From Folioceros fuciformis (Eukaryota): 33,762 bases of DNA. Below are positions 11,562-24,262 of this stretch, one piece after another. The stretch is from assembly GCA_049999805.1 (NCBI GenBank), contig JBNGIO010006036.1, positions 33,928 to 67,689 of the forward strand, written 5' to 3'. Within the stretch, counting starts at the first letter, position 1, and each line of letters begins with the position of its first letter. The position numbers and the translations under genes are program-made. Under the pieces are notes generated by a model, which was not told the DNA's origin, made no database searches, and saw only the letters and a list, made by a program, of their open reading frames with translations.

Positions 11562-11851
11562 TGTTGGGTTATTAAAGCCCAATGTGCTTAGACTAATGTG
11601 TTTAGTCTAAGATTAGTGTCTAGTTAAGTATCATTAGTTTAGATTAGCTTAAGCTAATATGTAGGAAGGTTCTTGCGCAGCTTCCTGTGCGCTTCTTGTG
11701 AAGCTTCCTAGGGAGCTCTTCTAGAGGGTATATAAACCTCCTTGAGCTCCCTTGCAATGTGAGACTCTGTGTGTGAGAGTGTGACCTATCTTTCTCCTCT
11801 CCTCCTTGCCTCCTCCTCTCCTCCTTCACCATGTGGCTCCTCTAGCGATCC
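11562..11851 (+). repeat. 3' LTR of copia element 1, lacking the terminal TTCA
   Basis: Matches the 5' LTR with about 6 substitutions and one 11-bp indel by manual alignment. Ends GCGATCC and is fused to the RT of element 2. Confidence 0.9.
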
Positions 11852-14800
11852 AATTTGAGACAAGCAAAGCAAATGCTTTTGTCTATCTCGACGAATATGC
11901 ATGCCAAGAATATGGCTTGCCTCTCCCAAGTCTATCATGTCAAAGCGAGCATTCAACTTTGACTTCAACGCTGAAATCCCATCAATGCTATTTCCAGCAA
12001 TTAGCATATCATCCACATAGAGGACCAAAATGAGCAAGCTTCCATCCTTAGCTTGCTTCGTATAGAGGAAATGATCCTCCTCGCTACGTTTGTAGCCTTG
12101 AGAAACCATAAATGAGTGGAACTTAAAATACCACTCTCTGGGTGCCTGCTTCAAACCATAAAGGCTCTTCTTTGACTTGCACATCATATTTTCTTTGCCC
12201 TTCTCAATGAAACTCTTTAGTTGCTGCATGTATACCTCTTCCTCAAGATCACCATGCAGAAATGCCAACTTCACATCCATCTGGATAAGTTCCATGCCAT
12301 TCCTCGCAACCAAAGCAAGAACACATCGCAAAGTGGTCATTTTGATAACTGATGAGAAAATCTCATCAAAGTCAATACCTTATTGTTGCTTAAAACCCTT
12401 AGCAACCAATCGTGCCTTGTACTTGGGTTTGCCATAATGGGGTATGTCTTTCATCTTATACACCCATTTGCATGGCAATACCTTCTTACCCCTTGGCAAC
12501 CGAACCAACTCCTAAGTTTGGTTTTTATGGAGCGAATCCATCTACGACTGCATTGCCTTCTCCCACTTGTCCTTGTTAGTCATTGACATGGCCTCTTTGT
12601 AACAAGAGGGCTCCCCACAATCCGTTAGCATGACATAATCAAGAGATGCAACATACCTCTTAGGAGGACATGAAATCCTTCTTGACCTCCAAAGCACAAG
12701 CGCCTCAATCGGAGCTGGTTGCACTCTCTCTTCTTCTACAAGTGGAGGAGCGGGTTCTTGCACATCATGATGTTCAACCTGTCCCTAACGGTCAAGTCCA
12801 TCTTCTTGGAAGACCACCCGTCGCACCTCCACAGTTGGAGTAGGCTTATTGTGCATCTTGGTCTCATTGAAGAACACGTCATTGCTGCAAACAATCCTCT
12901 TGGCCTCTGGATCCCATGGACGGTATTCCATCTCACCAGATTCACCATAGCCAAGAAAAATACATTTTCTGGACTTGGGTGCCAACTTGTCCCGAAACTC
13001 CTTTAGAACATGGTAGTATGCCTCGCGGCCAAACACTCGTAGATGCTTGTAAGACGGCTTCTTTCCAGACCACATCTCCTGTAGAACCTGCTCATCCACA
13101 GCCTTATTAGGAGATCTGTTAATAAGATGCACCGTAGTAGCCACTACTTGTGCCCAAAATTCGTTAGGCAATCCATAGTTTGACAACAAACTATGCATCC
13201 TCTCCTGGATGGTCCTATTCATCCGTTCAGCCACACCATTTTGGGGAGGAGTATATGGGGCAGTCAATTCTCTCTTTATTCACTTGGAATCATAGATTGA
13301 CTGGAAAGCCTTCGAAACATACTCTCCCCCATTGTCTATTCTCAAACACTGGAGTCGTAGGCTAGACTGATTCTCCATAAGAGTGACGAATTTTTGAAAC
13401 TCTATCAAAACATCATCCTTTTTCTCAAAGGATAAACCCACACCTTACGTGAGAAATCATCAATGAAAGTGACAAAATAAGATGCACCACCTAATGATAC
13501 AATGGGCATAGGTCCACAAACGTCACTGTGAACCAATTCAAGAGGTTTACTTTTGTGTTTACCTCTATCTCCATGTGGTGACTTCTATTTCTCATACAAA
13601 CAGTGCTCACACGGAGAAATCGGAGAAGTCAAAAGCAGGGACGTTACCAAAACGAGATAAGATCTTCATTCCTTTTTGAGACATATGTCCTAACTGACAA
13701 TGCCACAAGGAAACACTTGGCTATTTTGCTACACAAATCACATGATCCTTGACAGTGGTTACATGAAGTGAGTACAAAGTGCCACACTTCGATCCACGAG
13801 CTAACATAAGAGAAACTTTGGAGATCTTCCAAGAATTATCCCCAAACCAACAGTGGGGGCCAGCGTCATCCAACTGCCCTATGCCAATTATGCTTTTTGT
13901 TAACTTCGGAACATGCTTAACATCCTTCAGTACGAATGAAGAAGATCCGTTGTCAAACTTCAGCTGCACATCACCAACGAGTGTAATCTCGCATGCATAG
14001 TTATTTCCAAGCTGAGCACATCCTTTCCTAGTAGCATCATAAGTGCTAAACCACTCCCTATGCGGAGTAACATGGAAAGATGCTCCAGAGTCAATTATCT
14101 AATTAAAGAATAAGTGACTTTCCACAGCTGTCAGTTGTGCAGAATCGAAGGAAGAAGAGATAAGAACATCTCCATCATCAACAGAATTCACCTCGTTAGG
14201 CTTGATACTCGGACTTGCCTTGTTATCACTCTGCTTCTTCTCCTTTCCTTTGTCCTTCTTGAACTTCTCGCAGTCCCTTCTGATGTGACCCTTTTTGTGA
14301 CAATGGTAACACTCAACATTGTTACGACTACAAGATTTACTACGGGAANNNNNNNNNNNNNNNNNNNNNNNNNNNNNNNNNNNNNNNNNNNNNNNNNNNN
14401 NNNNNNNNNNNNNNNNNNNNNNNNNNNNNNNNNNNNNNNNNNNNNNNNCAATGGTAACACTCAACATTGTTACGACTACAAGATTTACTACGAGAAAGGC
14501 TTCGCTCCTTGTACTTCCTCTTTGAAGTGGACCTTCCTCTTACCATGAGGGCAGTGGAACCTTTCAAAGGTTCCATATTCTTCTTGTTCACCTCTTCTGT
14601 TAAGAGGCTACCTTCTACATTTACATGGTGAGACCACTGGCAGGAGCAGAATTACTCAAAGCTGTACGAAAGGTGTCCCAACTCTCAAGTAATGTGACCA
14701 AAAGAAACATAGCTCTCACAAAATCTGGGAACGAGATACCTTGAGATGAGAGCTGGATGAAAATGGTATTGAACTCATTGAGATGATCGGACATCCTCAT

Positions 14801-16377
14801 CCCTTCCTCCATCTTCAAGTCCACCAGCTGTTACAACCAGTACACTTGAGAAGCCGCACTTTGCTTCTTATACATGTCACACAACTTCTGCCATAGCTCG
14901 TAACTTGTGGTCTTGTCTTTCACATTGAAGTGGACCGACTTCGACAATGTTAGCATGATGGTAGATCTAGCAAACTCATATAGATCTTGCCACTCATCCT
15001 GAGTCATGCTAATAGGTTTCACACCTAGCAACTTTCTAGGCTTGATCTGCTTTTTTTGCTCTAGAACATTATACACTTGTTCTTTTCAGAACGGGAAGTT
15101 AGTACCATCTAACTTCTCGATATTGAACATAACATTTTTTGAGGACGTCATCCTTCATAATCGATGCAAATCAAACAAAGGCTACTTAGAAACGATCTGA
15201 ATGTAATATAGATTTTGAAAGTTACCCTTATGGTAATCATGCCTTGTTCCGCATCGGCTAACACAACTTGTAGACCTCAAACCATTGCACGAGTCTATCC
15301 ACAATCTCAGCAATCAGCACCACCGTTCTTGCCACAGCCAAATGCACTATTTTTGCTACCTCGTAGCGTTCAAAAGCTTGTGACAGTCTTCCTCTGTGGC
15401 GTCGACTGTCCTGCGACGCCGGCTGACTTAGGCCCGACGCAGTTTGACGCCTTACTGCGCCCGCCTTCTTGCACCTAGCGCGGCGGGGCTACCATCCCTC
15501 TACGTGGTGCGGCCTCCGCCCCACGCCCTGCGCGGCAAGGCCTATCTGCCCGGTGCCCGCAGAGTGGCGCTCGCACGGCGTGGGTGGGTGCCCCGCGCTG
15601 CAGAGTGGCGACCCGCACGGGACAGTAGCGCCCTCGCAGGCCCCGCATTGAGGGGGCCTGGGGCCTTGAGCCCCACGCCCGCGCCCTGCGTCTACGCACG
15701 TGCCCCACTCTCACGCCCACGCCCTGCGCCCCACATCCCGTGCCCGTGCCCCACACTAGGGCAGGGGCCTCACACCCTGCACTAGGGCAGGCATCCAGTG
15801 TGGCGCGGCGGCGCCCTCTTGGGTGCCTCGCGTTGCCGAAGCCTGCTGCACCCCCCGCAGTGCCGGAGCCTAGCGCCCCGCGCTGGGGCAGACACCCCGC
15901 GTAACGCAAGCATGTGCCCCGCGCTGCCGCGGCCGGCACCTAAGCACGGCAGGGCTGGAGCCCCCTACACCCCGGGATGCTACCCTCACTCTGGTGCCTT
16001 CCTCACGGCCTTGTTGCGCCTTTGTGCATCTTGTCCGCAGCACCTACAGCCGTCACCCTCTTGCTCCACAACCAACCTCTGATATCAGTTGAAGGATCGC
16101 TAGGGGAGCCACATGATGAAGGAGGAGGGGAGCAACATGATGAAGGAGGAGAGGAGAAAGCAAGGTCTCTCACACACTGTATGGCAAGGGAGCTCAAGAG
16201 GGTATTTATACCCTCTAGAAGAACTCCCAAGAAAGCTTGAAAAGAAGCTCACAGGAAGCTACGCAAGAAGCTTCCTAAAGATTAGCTTAAGCTAATCTAA
16301 ACAAATGATACTTAACTAAACACTAGTCTTAGACTAAACACGTTAGTCTCAGCACATTGGGCTTTAATAACCCTACA
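11852..16377 (-). mobile_element. Ty1/copia element 2 (sister of element 1), 3'-truncated within RT
   Basis: 5' LTR at 16377-16090, PBS TGATATCAGAGG at 16087-16076, GC-rich leader. gag from about 15158 (FNIEKLDGTNF), zinc knuckle CYHCHKKGHIRRDC, protease IIDSGASFH, integrase, and RT through YVDDML to LSQ. Confidence 0.92.
16090..16377 (-). repeat. 5' LTR of copia element 2
   Basis: Reverse-complement homolog of 8130-8412 with TG...CA ends, more diverged than the element 1 LTR pair. Confidence 0.9.
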
Positions 16378-17436
16378 CTATGCATACAACAGGTGTGTGG
16401 GCTGTCTAGGCAGAACCCTGTGCTCAAGTGCATATGGATGCAATATCTCCATAAAGGTAACACTTTTGGAAATTGTGGGCTGCAAAGTGATAGGGTTGAT
16501 GAGCTTATATGCCTTGGTTATCTCAGTATAGCCAACAAAAACCAAAGGAAGAGCCTTGTTATCTTATTTTCGCTGCTTCTCTCCAGGGACATGCAAAAGC
16601 CTTTGAGCCAAAAACGCATAAATGCATGACACTTGGCTTTCTATTCTAGAAAAATTCATAGGGAGTTTTATTTGGCAGAGCTATGGTGATGAGCTTGTAT
16701 GAGGTGTAAGTAGCTATGACCACCGCTTCCACCCAATATGGAGATAAAAGGCCAGACCATAGCAACATGGACATGGTCATTCCCATTAGCATGTGGTTCT
16801 TCCTTTTCGCTACACCATTCTGCTGTTGTGTGTAGGGGACAATAAGCTGATGTTTGATGCCTCTATCTTCCAGGAATTTTGTAAAAGCATTACTAACAAA
16901 TTCACCGCCATTGTCAAATCTGAAGACCTTGAGGAGGCAGCCAATTTGCCTTTGCACCATCAACAGCCACTCTTGGAGCAAAGGAAAAGTCTTGTTCTTC
17001 CAGTGCATAGGGAAGGTCCAAGTATATTTGCTGAAGTCATCGGAAGTGTGAGGTAATATTAGCCCCACCTAGTGAAGAACTTGCAGTCTTCCTGAGATGT
17101 CTGAATGCACTAAATCAAGGACGACTGTTGTTCTATGAGTAGGTGTGCAAGGAAATGGTACTTGATGCTACTTTGCCAATGCATAGATCTCACATATAGG
17201 AAGCTCCTTAAAACATGAAGGTAAGGGTTCTCTGTAATAGTCTTGTCTAGAAGATGCCTAGAGTTTAGCCTTGTTAGCATGACTAAGGTCTACATGCCAC
17301 AGCTTGGCTAGTTGAGGAGCTTTTAAGCTACGAAGCGTGGTAGAATAAGCCTGCTTTCAGTGTGTGCAAGATATGTCTAAACAATACAATTTTGCCTCAA
17401 GAAAGGCCTTAAAAATATAAATATCATGGAAATTAC

Positions 17437-17569
17437 GTCTAGAGAAGCAACATGTATCCTCTGACACGGTAAGGATCAAGTCTAGAGAAGCAACATGTAT
17501 CTTTAGACACGGTAAGGATCAAGTCTACAGAAGCAACATGCATCCTCTAACATGGTAAGGGTCAAGTCT
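17437..17569. repeat. 43-bp tandem triplication inside the copia 3 protease region
   Basis: GTCTAGAGAAGCAACATGTATCCTCTGACACGGTAAGGATCAA-like units start at 17437, 17480 and 17523. Confidence 0.9.
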
Positions 17570-17816
17570 TTCATTTTCATGAGTCTGATCAAAGACATAA
17601 GGTTCTTAGCCATCTTAGGTACGTATAAGACATGAGGAAGAACTAACATTGTGTCATCATGCAACAGAAATTTGTAGATACCTGAACCAAAGATACTTAA
17701 ACAAGTGGCGGTTTTCTCATCACCAAGGTAAACCTTCTTTGGGACAGAGGAAAGAGTCAGGCAAGTGAAAAGAGATTCATCGTGACAAATATACATTGTT
17801 GCCCCCATTGTCCGAG

Positions 17817-20094
17817 TGTGAACCTCCAAAGTTTGGGGTAGTGGTTTGTTTTGGTTGAAAAAGGGTGAATAGTGGTATTGTTTGGTTTTCTTTTTCTACT
17901 TATTTTCCCTAATTTTTCTTTATTTTCCGGTCATTTTTCCTATTTTTCCTTGTGCTAATAAGGTTAATTGACCAGTAAATAATTGGTTTGGTTATTAGAG
18001 TGGGTATAGGTTTGGTCCCAGACTTGGAAAAGTTTAGGTCTGGTACCGGACCATAGAGTTGGAAAGGTTTGAATTTAGGTTTGGTTATTGGTTTAATATT
18101 AATTAAAAATAGTATCAAATAATTGTTTGAAACTAGGAGCGGGAATATGGGGCTATGTCAAGGTGGTTTGGCTGGCTAACAGGGTTGCATGATTGGCTGA
18201 ATGGCCATGAGGGCCGCACCCTAACTAGGTCAGAACTGCGGCCACGCCCATCTCCATTCCTCTACCTCTCTTCCTTCGTCTTCCTCCATTCTCCTCTTGT
18301 CATTTCCTCCTTGATCCAAGCTGCAGGCAGAAGGACCCTGAGAGTTGGGATTGAATGCGCACCGGAGGAGCTTTAGCCGAGCTGCAAGACTTGGGCATTG
18401 CAGGGACTAGCAGCACAACCCGGTCGGTCTCCTGATCCACCTTCATCCTCGATTTCCTCTATTCAGTTCCCATCGGCGCCTTGTCTTGATTCTTCGAGGC
18501 AGACAGTTTTGATCAGCCAGTTAACCATCTAACCGTTGCGTCCAGCTATCCAGCAGGCTGCTCTGCTGGATGGCTGGACCCTAAACCCTGGATTCCAGTG
18601 TGATTTTCCTCATCCCGCTTCCTATCCCTTGTTTTGATCTTGCAGCAACCCCGTAGCTTGGTTTCGCTAGCCTGATCCCCCCTGCCCCATTTCGATTTTT
18701 TTTAGCCAACTACCAGCGTCCTATGCCCAACCACTCATGTAGCCCGATCTCACCAAAGCCCACCACCCTGAGCTTAGCTTGCCATCCTGATCCACCTCAC
18801 CTGGCTAGCAAATCACTAGCGCCTGCTGCTAGAGCCCACTGGCACTGTCCCTATCCTCACCGATTTCTCAACCCGCCACCACGTTGCATGAAGCCAAAGC
18901 TGCCGTAGGTTGGAGGAGCCCGGATCCAAACTGGGACCTCTAGGCCAGCTAGGCAGTGCGTTGACGTTGCCATCTCCCACTCCCCGCTAGTGTTCCCCCC
19001 CCCCCCCGTAGAACATCTCTTAGGACTAAACTAACAAACTGACGAGTGCTCCTCCCATGAGGGATGTGCATCAGCCTTTGTGGGAACCGTTAGGGGAGAT
19101 GCTACAGGACTGAAGGTGTCTAGCTCGGAGGCAACCTCAGCCATCATGGGAACAGTGGCAGGAGAAGCCTTTGCCTCAACAATAAGAAGGTGGCGCCCAC
19201 CAGATCTAGAAGAGTGGACAATAACCAAGGATCAACAAAGGGTATTGGTAGGGTCAGTAAGGGGAGTGGCATCTCATCAAGTTGATGGTAGGGTAGACTA
19301 GTCTAGAATAATGGTGTGCTATAAGCTATTGTTTTGGTTGTCGTGTCCTAGTGGTCAACTTGTAGAGAGAGGAAAGGGACTAGAGCTAGGAGTCCTCTAT
19401 AAGAGGCTGTGAGCCTCTAGAACTTGCTTATCACTTTACGATCTCTCTCGGGCTGTCCCTGCTTGGATATAGCAGTGTGTGCCGGCTGTGCATGTTGTGC
19501 AACGTTTGGTAAAGCTTTGAGAAGTGGTGGCCAGGGTTATGGGCCGGGTCACTTTAATTCTTGATCGTGCTTTCCGTGTCGTGCCCCATGATCTGTCATT
19601 CTTGTTTCCTCGCAAGGCTAGAGTGAGTGCCAACCATGCTTGCATGCTGTCTAGTAGGATTGTGGGTGGAGGCATGCTCTTTTTTGGGCTTGTTCTAGTG
19701 ACTCTTGCCAAGTGGGGGAGTCAAGAGGGAAGTGTAGAGGGTAGTGGTGTTGTTGATGGTGCTGGAGTGAGTGAGTAAGTGAGTGAAGTAAGTGAGGGAA
19801 GTCGTAGTCCTGAGAGGTTAGTGTCGTTGTAGTGGCTCGAGTGAATTTGTGGGCACCGAGAGAGGTGCAGTCAACCGTTAGACAATGAGGAATGTCCCAC
19901 ACTTGATCGGAGCGGGAGGGGAGCCCTCAAATCCGTCATCGAGTTGATTGAGTCTGACCCTCCATCCATAGCAGCAAGGAACCACATCGCTCCTTCGTGG
20001 GAACGAAACCCAATGTCTCAACAACAATGGGATAAGTGTGGACACTAAAGGTCGAACCCTTTGGCAAACAGTTGACCGGGGTTTTGCCACCACA
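17817..20094 (+). mobile_element. Solo LTR of family X, 2278 bp
   Basis: TGTG...CACA ends with an imperfect 5-bp TSD (CCGAG / CCAGG). The host copia protease frame rejoins when it is removed. Left end matches 1-96 and right end matches 31927 onward. TATAAG at about 19398; no TE coding domains recognised inside. Confidence 0.85.
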
Positions 20095-20636
20095 CCAGGT
20101 ACCAACTATTAGCCTCACTTGCTTATAGTATTTAGATAGATGGTAAGAATCTTGACAACTGGCTTGCCTAAAATGTGTGTTGAAAAATCCACTATATGCT
20201 CATCTTTGGGGTGCTGGGTTGTTGAATTTGCAGTTGTAGGGCGAGGTACAACCCGCTAAGGTTCACTGGCCTTCTTCTTGCGACATTCCCTAGCCCTGTG
20301 TCCAAGTAATCCACACCAATTCCAGTAACCTGAGGGATCAACTGAGGCCAAGGGCCACACTGCGGTTGCCTAGGGAGGAAGGCTATTAGGCCCAAAAATA
20401 ACAATCAAAGGATTACTTCGATGGCCCACCGCACTCGTTTCCGGGGTAAGAAGAGAAAAATTAGTTTTCCAACAAATGGTCATTTTCGGCAGACTCGAGT
20501 TTATCAAAGTAGAAGACATGCCAAACCCCTGGCTAGTAAGTGGACGAGCAAATTGTGGCCTGAGTACACTTGCAACTGTCCAGGTTAATTACGCCCCACC
20601 TTCTACATGATGGCAGAGTACCGGATCTTGAGCGGA

Positions 20637-21443
20637 CCGTCCTTGTGTCACCTCATTAAGTGGCCTATAATCCCCACACATCCTCTTCTCTGTTCAATTA
20701 CCATGTACATCTTTCTTTGGTGGGAGTATTGTGGCTGTTGCATATTTTGACTCTGAAGATCTAATCAACCCCACTTCCAACAACTCTTAACACTTCTTGT
20801 TCACAATCTCATTCTCCACCTTCCTCAAACGATATGGCCTCCTAAAAACTAGCTCCTTAGTCTTAAGACAAATTTTGAACTTAAATGTCTTGTGTCTACC
20901 CTTTCCTTATTGGAAAAAGCAAACACTTGCCTTCTATCATCTAAAATCTTCCCTATGCTTAACATCCATCTCCTCACAAACATCCCAATGAAAATTTGCA
21001 AACTCCCGTTTTTCACAAATGTTCATACAACCAACTAAACCAACACTGTTTCTAAACTCATGCCCAGCTTCCACTGGCTTTCCACCCACCTTCATTTGCT
21101 TACTTCTGTTAAAATCATCACCCAATGTACTCTCAACTTTCCTCATCCTCTTGGTCTCTTCCCCGACTTATGGCTTAGTGTCATCACTTGATTCACACGA
21201 ACCTTCTACTTTTAATCTTGTCATCAAAATAACTTTCTATTTCTGCTTCCGCTCTTGATAAATTTTTATGGACATCATAAGCAACTTGAGCGTATTCAAA
21301 TCCATAGCTTGCCCAAGATTTTTATTTCTCTGACCACATGTTAAACTCTTTGCGTAAGTGGAATCCATCTTGAAGCCCATTGCTCTTTCGCTATATGTAG
21401 GTGATGGAGCATCCCACACATTTCTTCTGACATCAAATACCAT
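20637..21443 (-). pseudogene. Second gypsy fragment: DNMT C-terminus (motifs IX-X), linker and RT N-terminus
   Basis: MVFDVRRNVWDAPSPTYSERAMGF...RNKNLGQAMDLNTL, then RRPYRLRKVENEIV...PPKKDVHGN*TEKRMCGDYRPLN. Diverged paralog of 24433-23640. Confidence 0.88.
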
Positions 21444-22400
21444 TTAACTCATCCCTATGTTAAGCTATTAACATATTATCCATTGCCATAGGCATTATCC
21501 TTCTAAACAACTCCGCTCTATGTGCGGCTATCTTTAACCACTTATTAGGATCGTCCAAATCCACTATAGCATTCACCTTGTCTTCTAACATCCCAGATAG
21601 CTGTGGTCTACGCCCAAACAACAACATGTACGGTGAAAACTTTCCCAGCGATGCTTGCCTACTCATCCTATAACCCATCGCAAGAAATGGTAACATCCTA
21701 CCCCACTCACTCTTGTCCATTACCAGAGAAATTTTCCTCACAGCACTCTTACAAGTCTGTACCATTCTTTTTGCCAAACCATCAGCCTCCGGGTGATTTC
21801 TTAAAGTTACCCTATGATCAATAAGGTACTGATTTAAAAATTCATCAAATTCTCCCATAAATTCAATACCTTAAAACTTCTGGACACTCCCCAAAATCAC
21901 TCAACACATGATTAAGAAATGCTTCCTTAATGTCATGTGACTTCTTCTCTCTCAAAGGCACCAAAACTATCCACTTAGAAAAATGTTCTATCATCACTAA
22001 CACATATTTAAAACCTCTACGCGTGACTGGTAACTCTCTAGCCAAATCCAAACTCCACCTATAAAACATCCCCCTAATAGGCAACGGATGAAGCTCAGAA
22101 GTTTTGCCTGAAAAACTTGCCTTCACCCTATCACAAACCTCGTAAGTGGACACCACCTTCTCTACTACATCCATCATTCCTTTCCAATAATAATTGTTCA
22201 TGAGCAAACTCAAGGTTCTTTTTGTGCCAAAATGTCCTAACTCCACAAAAATCTTTCTTGCCAAATTCATTCTTTCTTTAGGTCTTGGTACCACCTTCAT
22301 ATTATCTTTAAACAATAACTTATTGTCAACCCATACATATCTCCTACTTCGCTTTGTCACCCTATCATTCTCCTTCTCTATTAATGCCTCCTGATTGCCA
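21444..22400 (-). pseudogene. gypsy integrase (zinc-binding and DDE core), C-terminally truncated
   Basis: LGHFGTKRT...YYWKGM...EVCDRVK, LHPLP...RWSLD...IEHFSKW, HPEADGLAKRMVQT, SPYMLLFGR. Confidence 0.9.
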
Positions 22401-22559
22401 CCCTTTTTCACCCTCTCTAATGTACTCTTATCTTCCCACACATCTACTGACATCGAAGGAACTCCCAACTCCACCAAATTCACCAAGTATGCACTCGGTG
22501 TCCATCTGGACACCACCAGATTATAGTGAACCCTAACATTCTTATCAAAATCCTGCCTA

Positions 22560-23930
22560 GCAACTGTTGAATCCCATGAACTGCCTAATGGATTCTTTGA
22601 CAACACATCTGCATTTGCGTGTTTCACTCCCGCCCTATGCTCANNNNNNNNNNNNNNNNNNNNNNNNNNNNNNNNNNNNNNNNNNNNNNNNNNNNNNNNN
22701 NNNNNNNNNNNNNNNNNNNNNNNNNNNNNNNNNNNNNNNNNNNTCCGTCACCAACTTAAATTGAGCCCCATACAAATAAGGCCTAAAATGCAATACTGCC
22801 CATACCGCCGCAAAACATTCCCCATGATATGAGGAATAATTCTCTGCAGAATTGTTACTCCTGCTTGCATATGCTACCACATGCTCCACCCACTCTCATC
22901 AGCCTGTGCCAGCACTACTGCCAAACCAAGTTTGCTCCAATCTATATATAACTTGAACTTTCTATCAAAATTGGGTCTTGTCAATAAAGGCTTGCTCATC
23001 GAAATGTCCTTTATCTCCTTAAATGCCCTCTGCTGATCTTCTCCCCAAACCCACACTGCATCTTTCTTTAACAACATTGTCATCGGTTTTACCACCACAC
23101 TATGGTTTGCCACAAAATTGCGATAATAATTTACCAATCCTAAAAAGGAGCCCAAAGTTCCCACATATGAAGGTGGCATCATATTGCTATCGCTTCAACC
23201 TTGACGTCAAATGGTACCCCTAGGCACTATAAAATGTCTCAAATATGCTATCTTAGAGGATCCAAACCTGCACTTTTGTGGATGACATGTCAAACCAACC
23301 TCCTTCAGTCTATCCAACAGTCGCCTAACATTCTCCTTATGTTTTTCCACATTGTTACTAAAAATTATTATATCATTTATGTAACATCTAGTCAAAGACA
23401 ACCCCCTCAATGCTTGATCCATCGCTCTCTGAAAAGCACTAGGAGCACTCTTCAACCCAAATGGGATAACCACCCATTCCCACAAACATCTATTACCCCA
23501 AAAAGCAGTCTTCTTCTTATCCTCCTCTTCAATTTCAATTTGATTAAAACCACCCCTCAAATTCAATGTTGAAAGTATCTTACATTCACCAATTGGATCA
23601 AAAATTTCCTCTAGAGTTGGCATTGGATACCTGTCCATAGGTGTCACTTCAGTAAGCGGCCTATAGTCACCACACATTCTCTTTTGTGTCCAATTGCCAT
23701 GCGCATCCTTCTTTGGTGGAAGCACCATAGTTGTAGCATACTCTGACTCCGAAGACCTTATCAATCCAGCTTCAAGCAGCTCTTGACAATTCTTGTCCAC
23801 AATTTCATTCTCCATTTTACTCAAACGATATGGCCTTTTAAAACCGGTTTAGAAGTTTTAAGCCGAATCTTAAACTTAAACGTCTTGTGCCTGCCCAACT
23901 CCTTATTGGAGAAAGCAAATACCTGCCTCC
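22560..23930 (-). pseudogene. gypsy reverse transcriptase and RNase H
   Basis: RMCGDYRPL, KKTAFW, PFGLKSAP, CYINDII (degenerate YIDD), SFLGLVNYYRNFV, KLYIDWS, VAYASRS, GECFAAVWAV, HANADVLS. Frameshifts, plus an N gap at 22644-22743. Confidence 0.93.
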
Positions 23931-24262
23931 TACTTTCAAGAATCCTTATAAAATCTCCTTATCTTCCAAAGTTATCTCATCGGAAATATCCCACTAAGAA
24001 TCCATACATGTTTCTCACAAACCTTAACCTCACAACTTGAGCTAATCACACTCCCAGCTTCCCCCTCTACCTTTGTCCCACATCTCATCTGCTTGTTCTG
24101 CTTACCCCCATCACCTAAAACCTCGTCATGCTCTCTCATTCTTTTAGTCTCCCCCTAGCGTCTTAACCTTCATTTCTTCTTACTTTACCCAAACTATGTC
24201 TCTCCAACCTTGTGCTCAAAATCTTTCCACTTTCTCTTCCACTCTTGATAACCTTTTATAGA

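Larger units (their letters stand above)
8130..11851 (+). mobile_element. Ty1/copia element 1, non-autonomous (gag and protease deleted)
   Basis: LTRs at 8130-8412 and 11562-11851. Degenerate Met-tRNA PBS TGGTTTTAGAGC at 8415-8426, PPT AAGTGGGAGG at 11551-11560, GC-rich leader, then IN-RT-RNaseH order. Confidence 0.93.
16378..20500 (-). mobile_element. Older Ty1/copia remnant (element 3), split by a solo LTR
   Basis: Zinc knuckle WNWCGLLGHRARECRKK (about 20270-20325). Protease SWYLD|NGATMYICHD rejoins across 17817-20094. Also LAKLWH and integrase DDFSKYTW...RFDNGGEF...QQNGVAKRKN (17068-16646). Right boundary approximate. Confidence 0.85.

Noticed and set aside
14301-14495. Duplicated ~45 bp either side of the N gap at 14349-14448
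   Set aside because: Looks like a contig overlap across a placeholder gap, so probably an assembly artefact.
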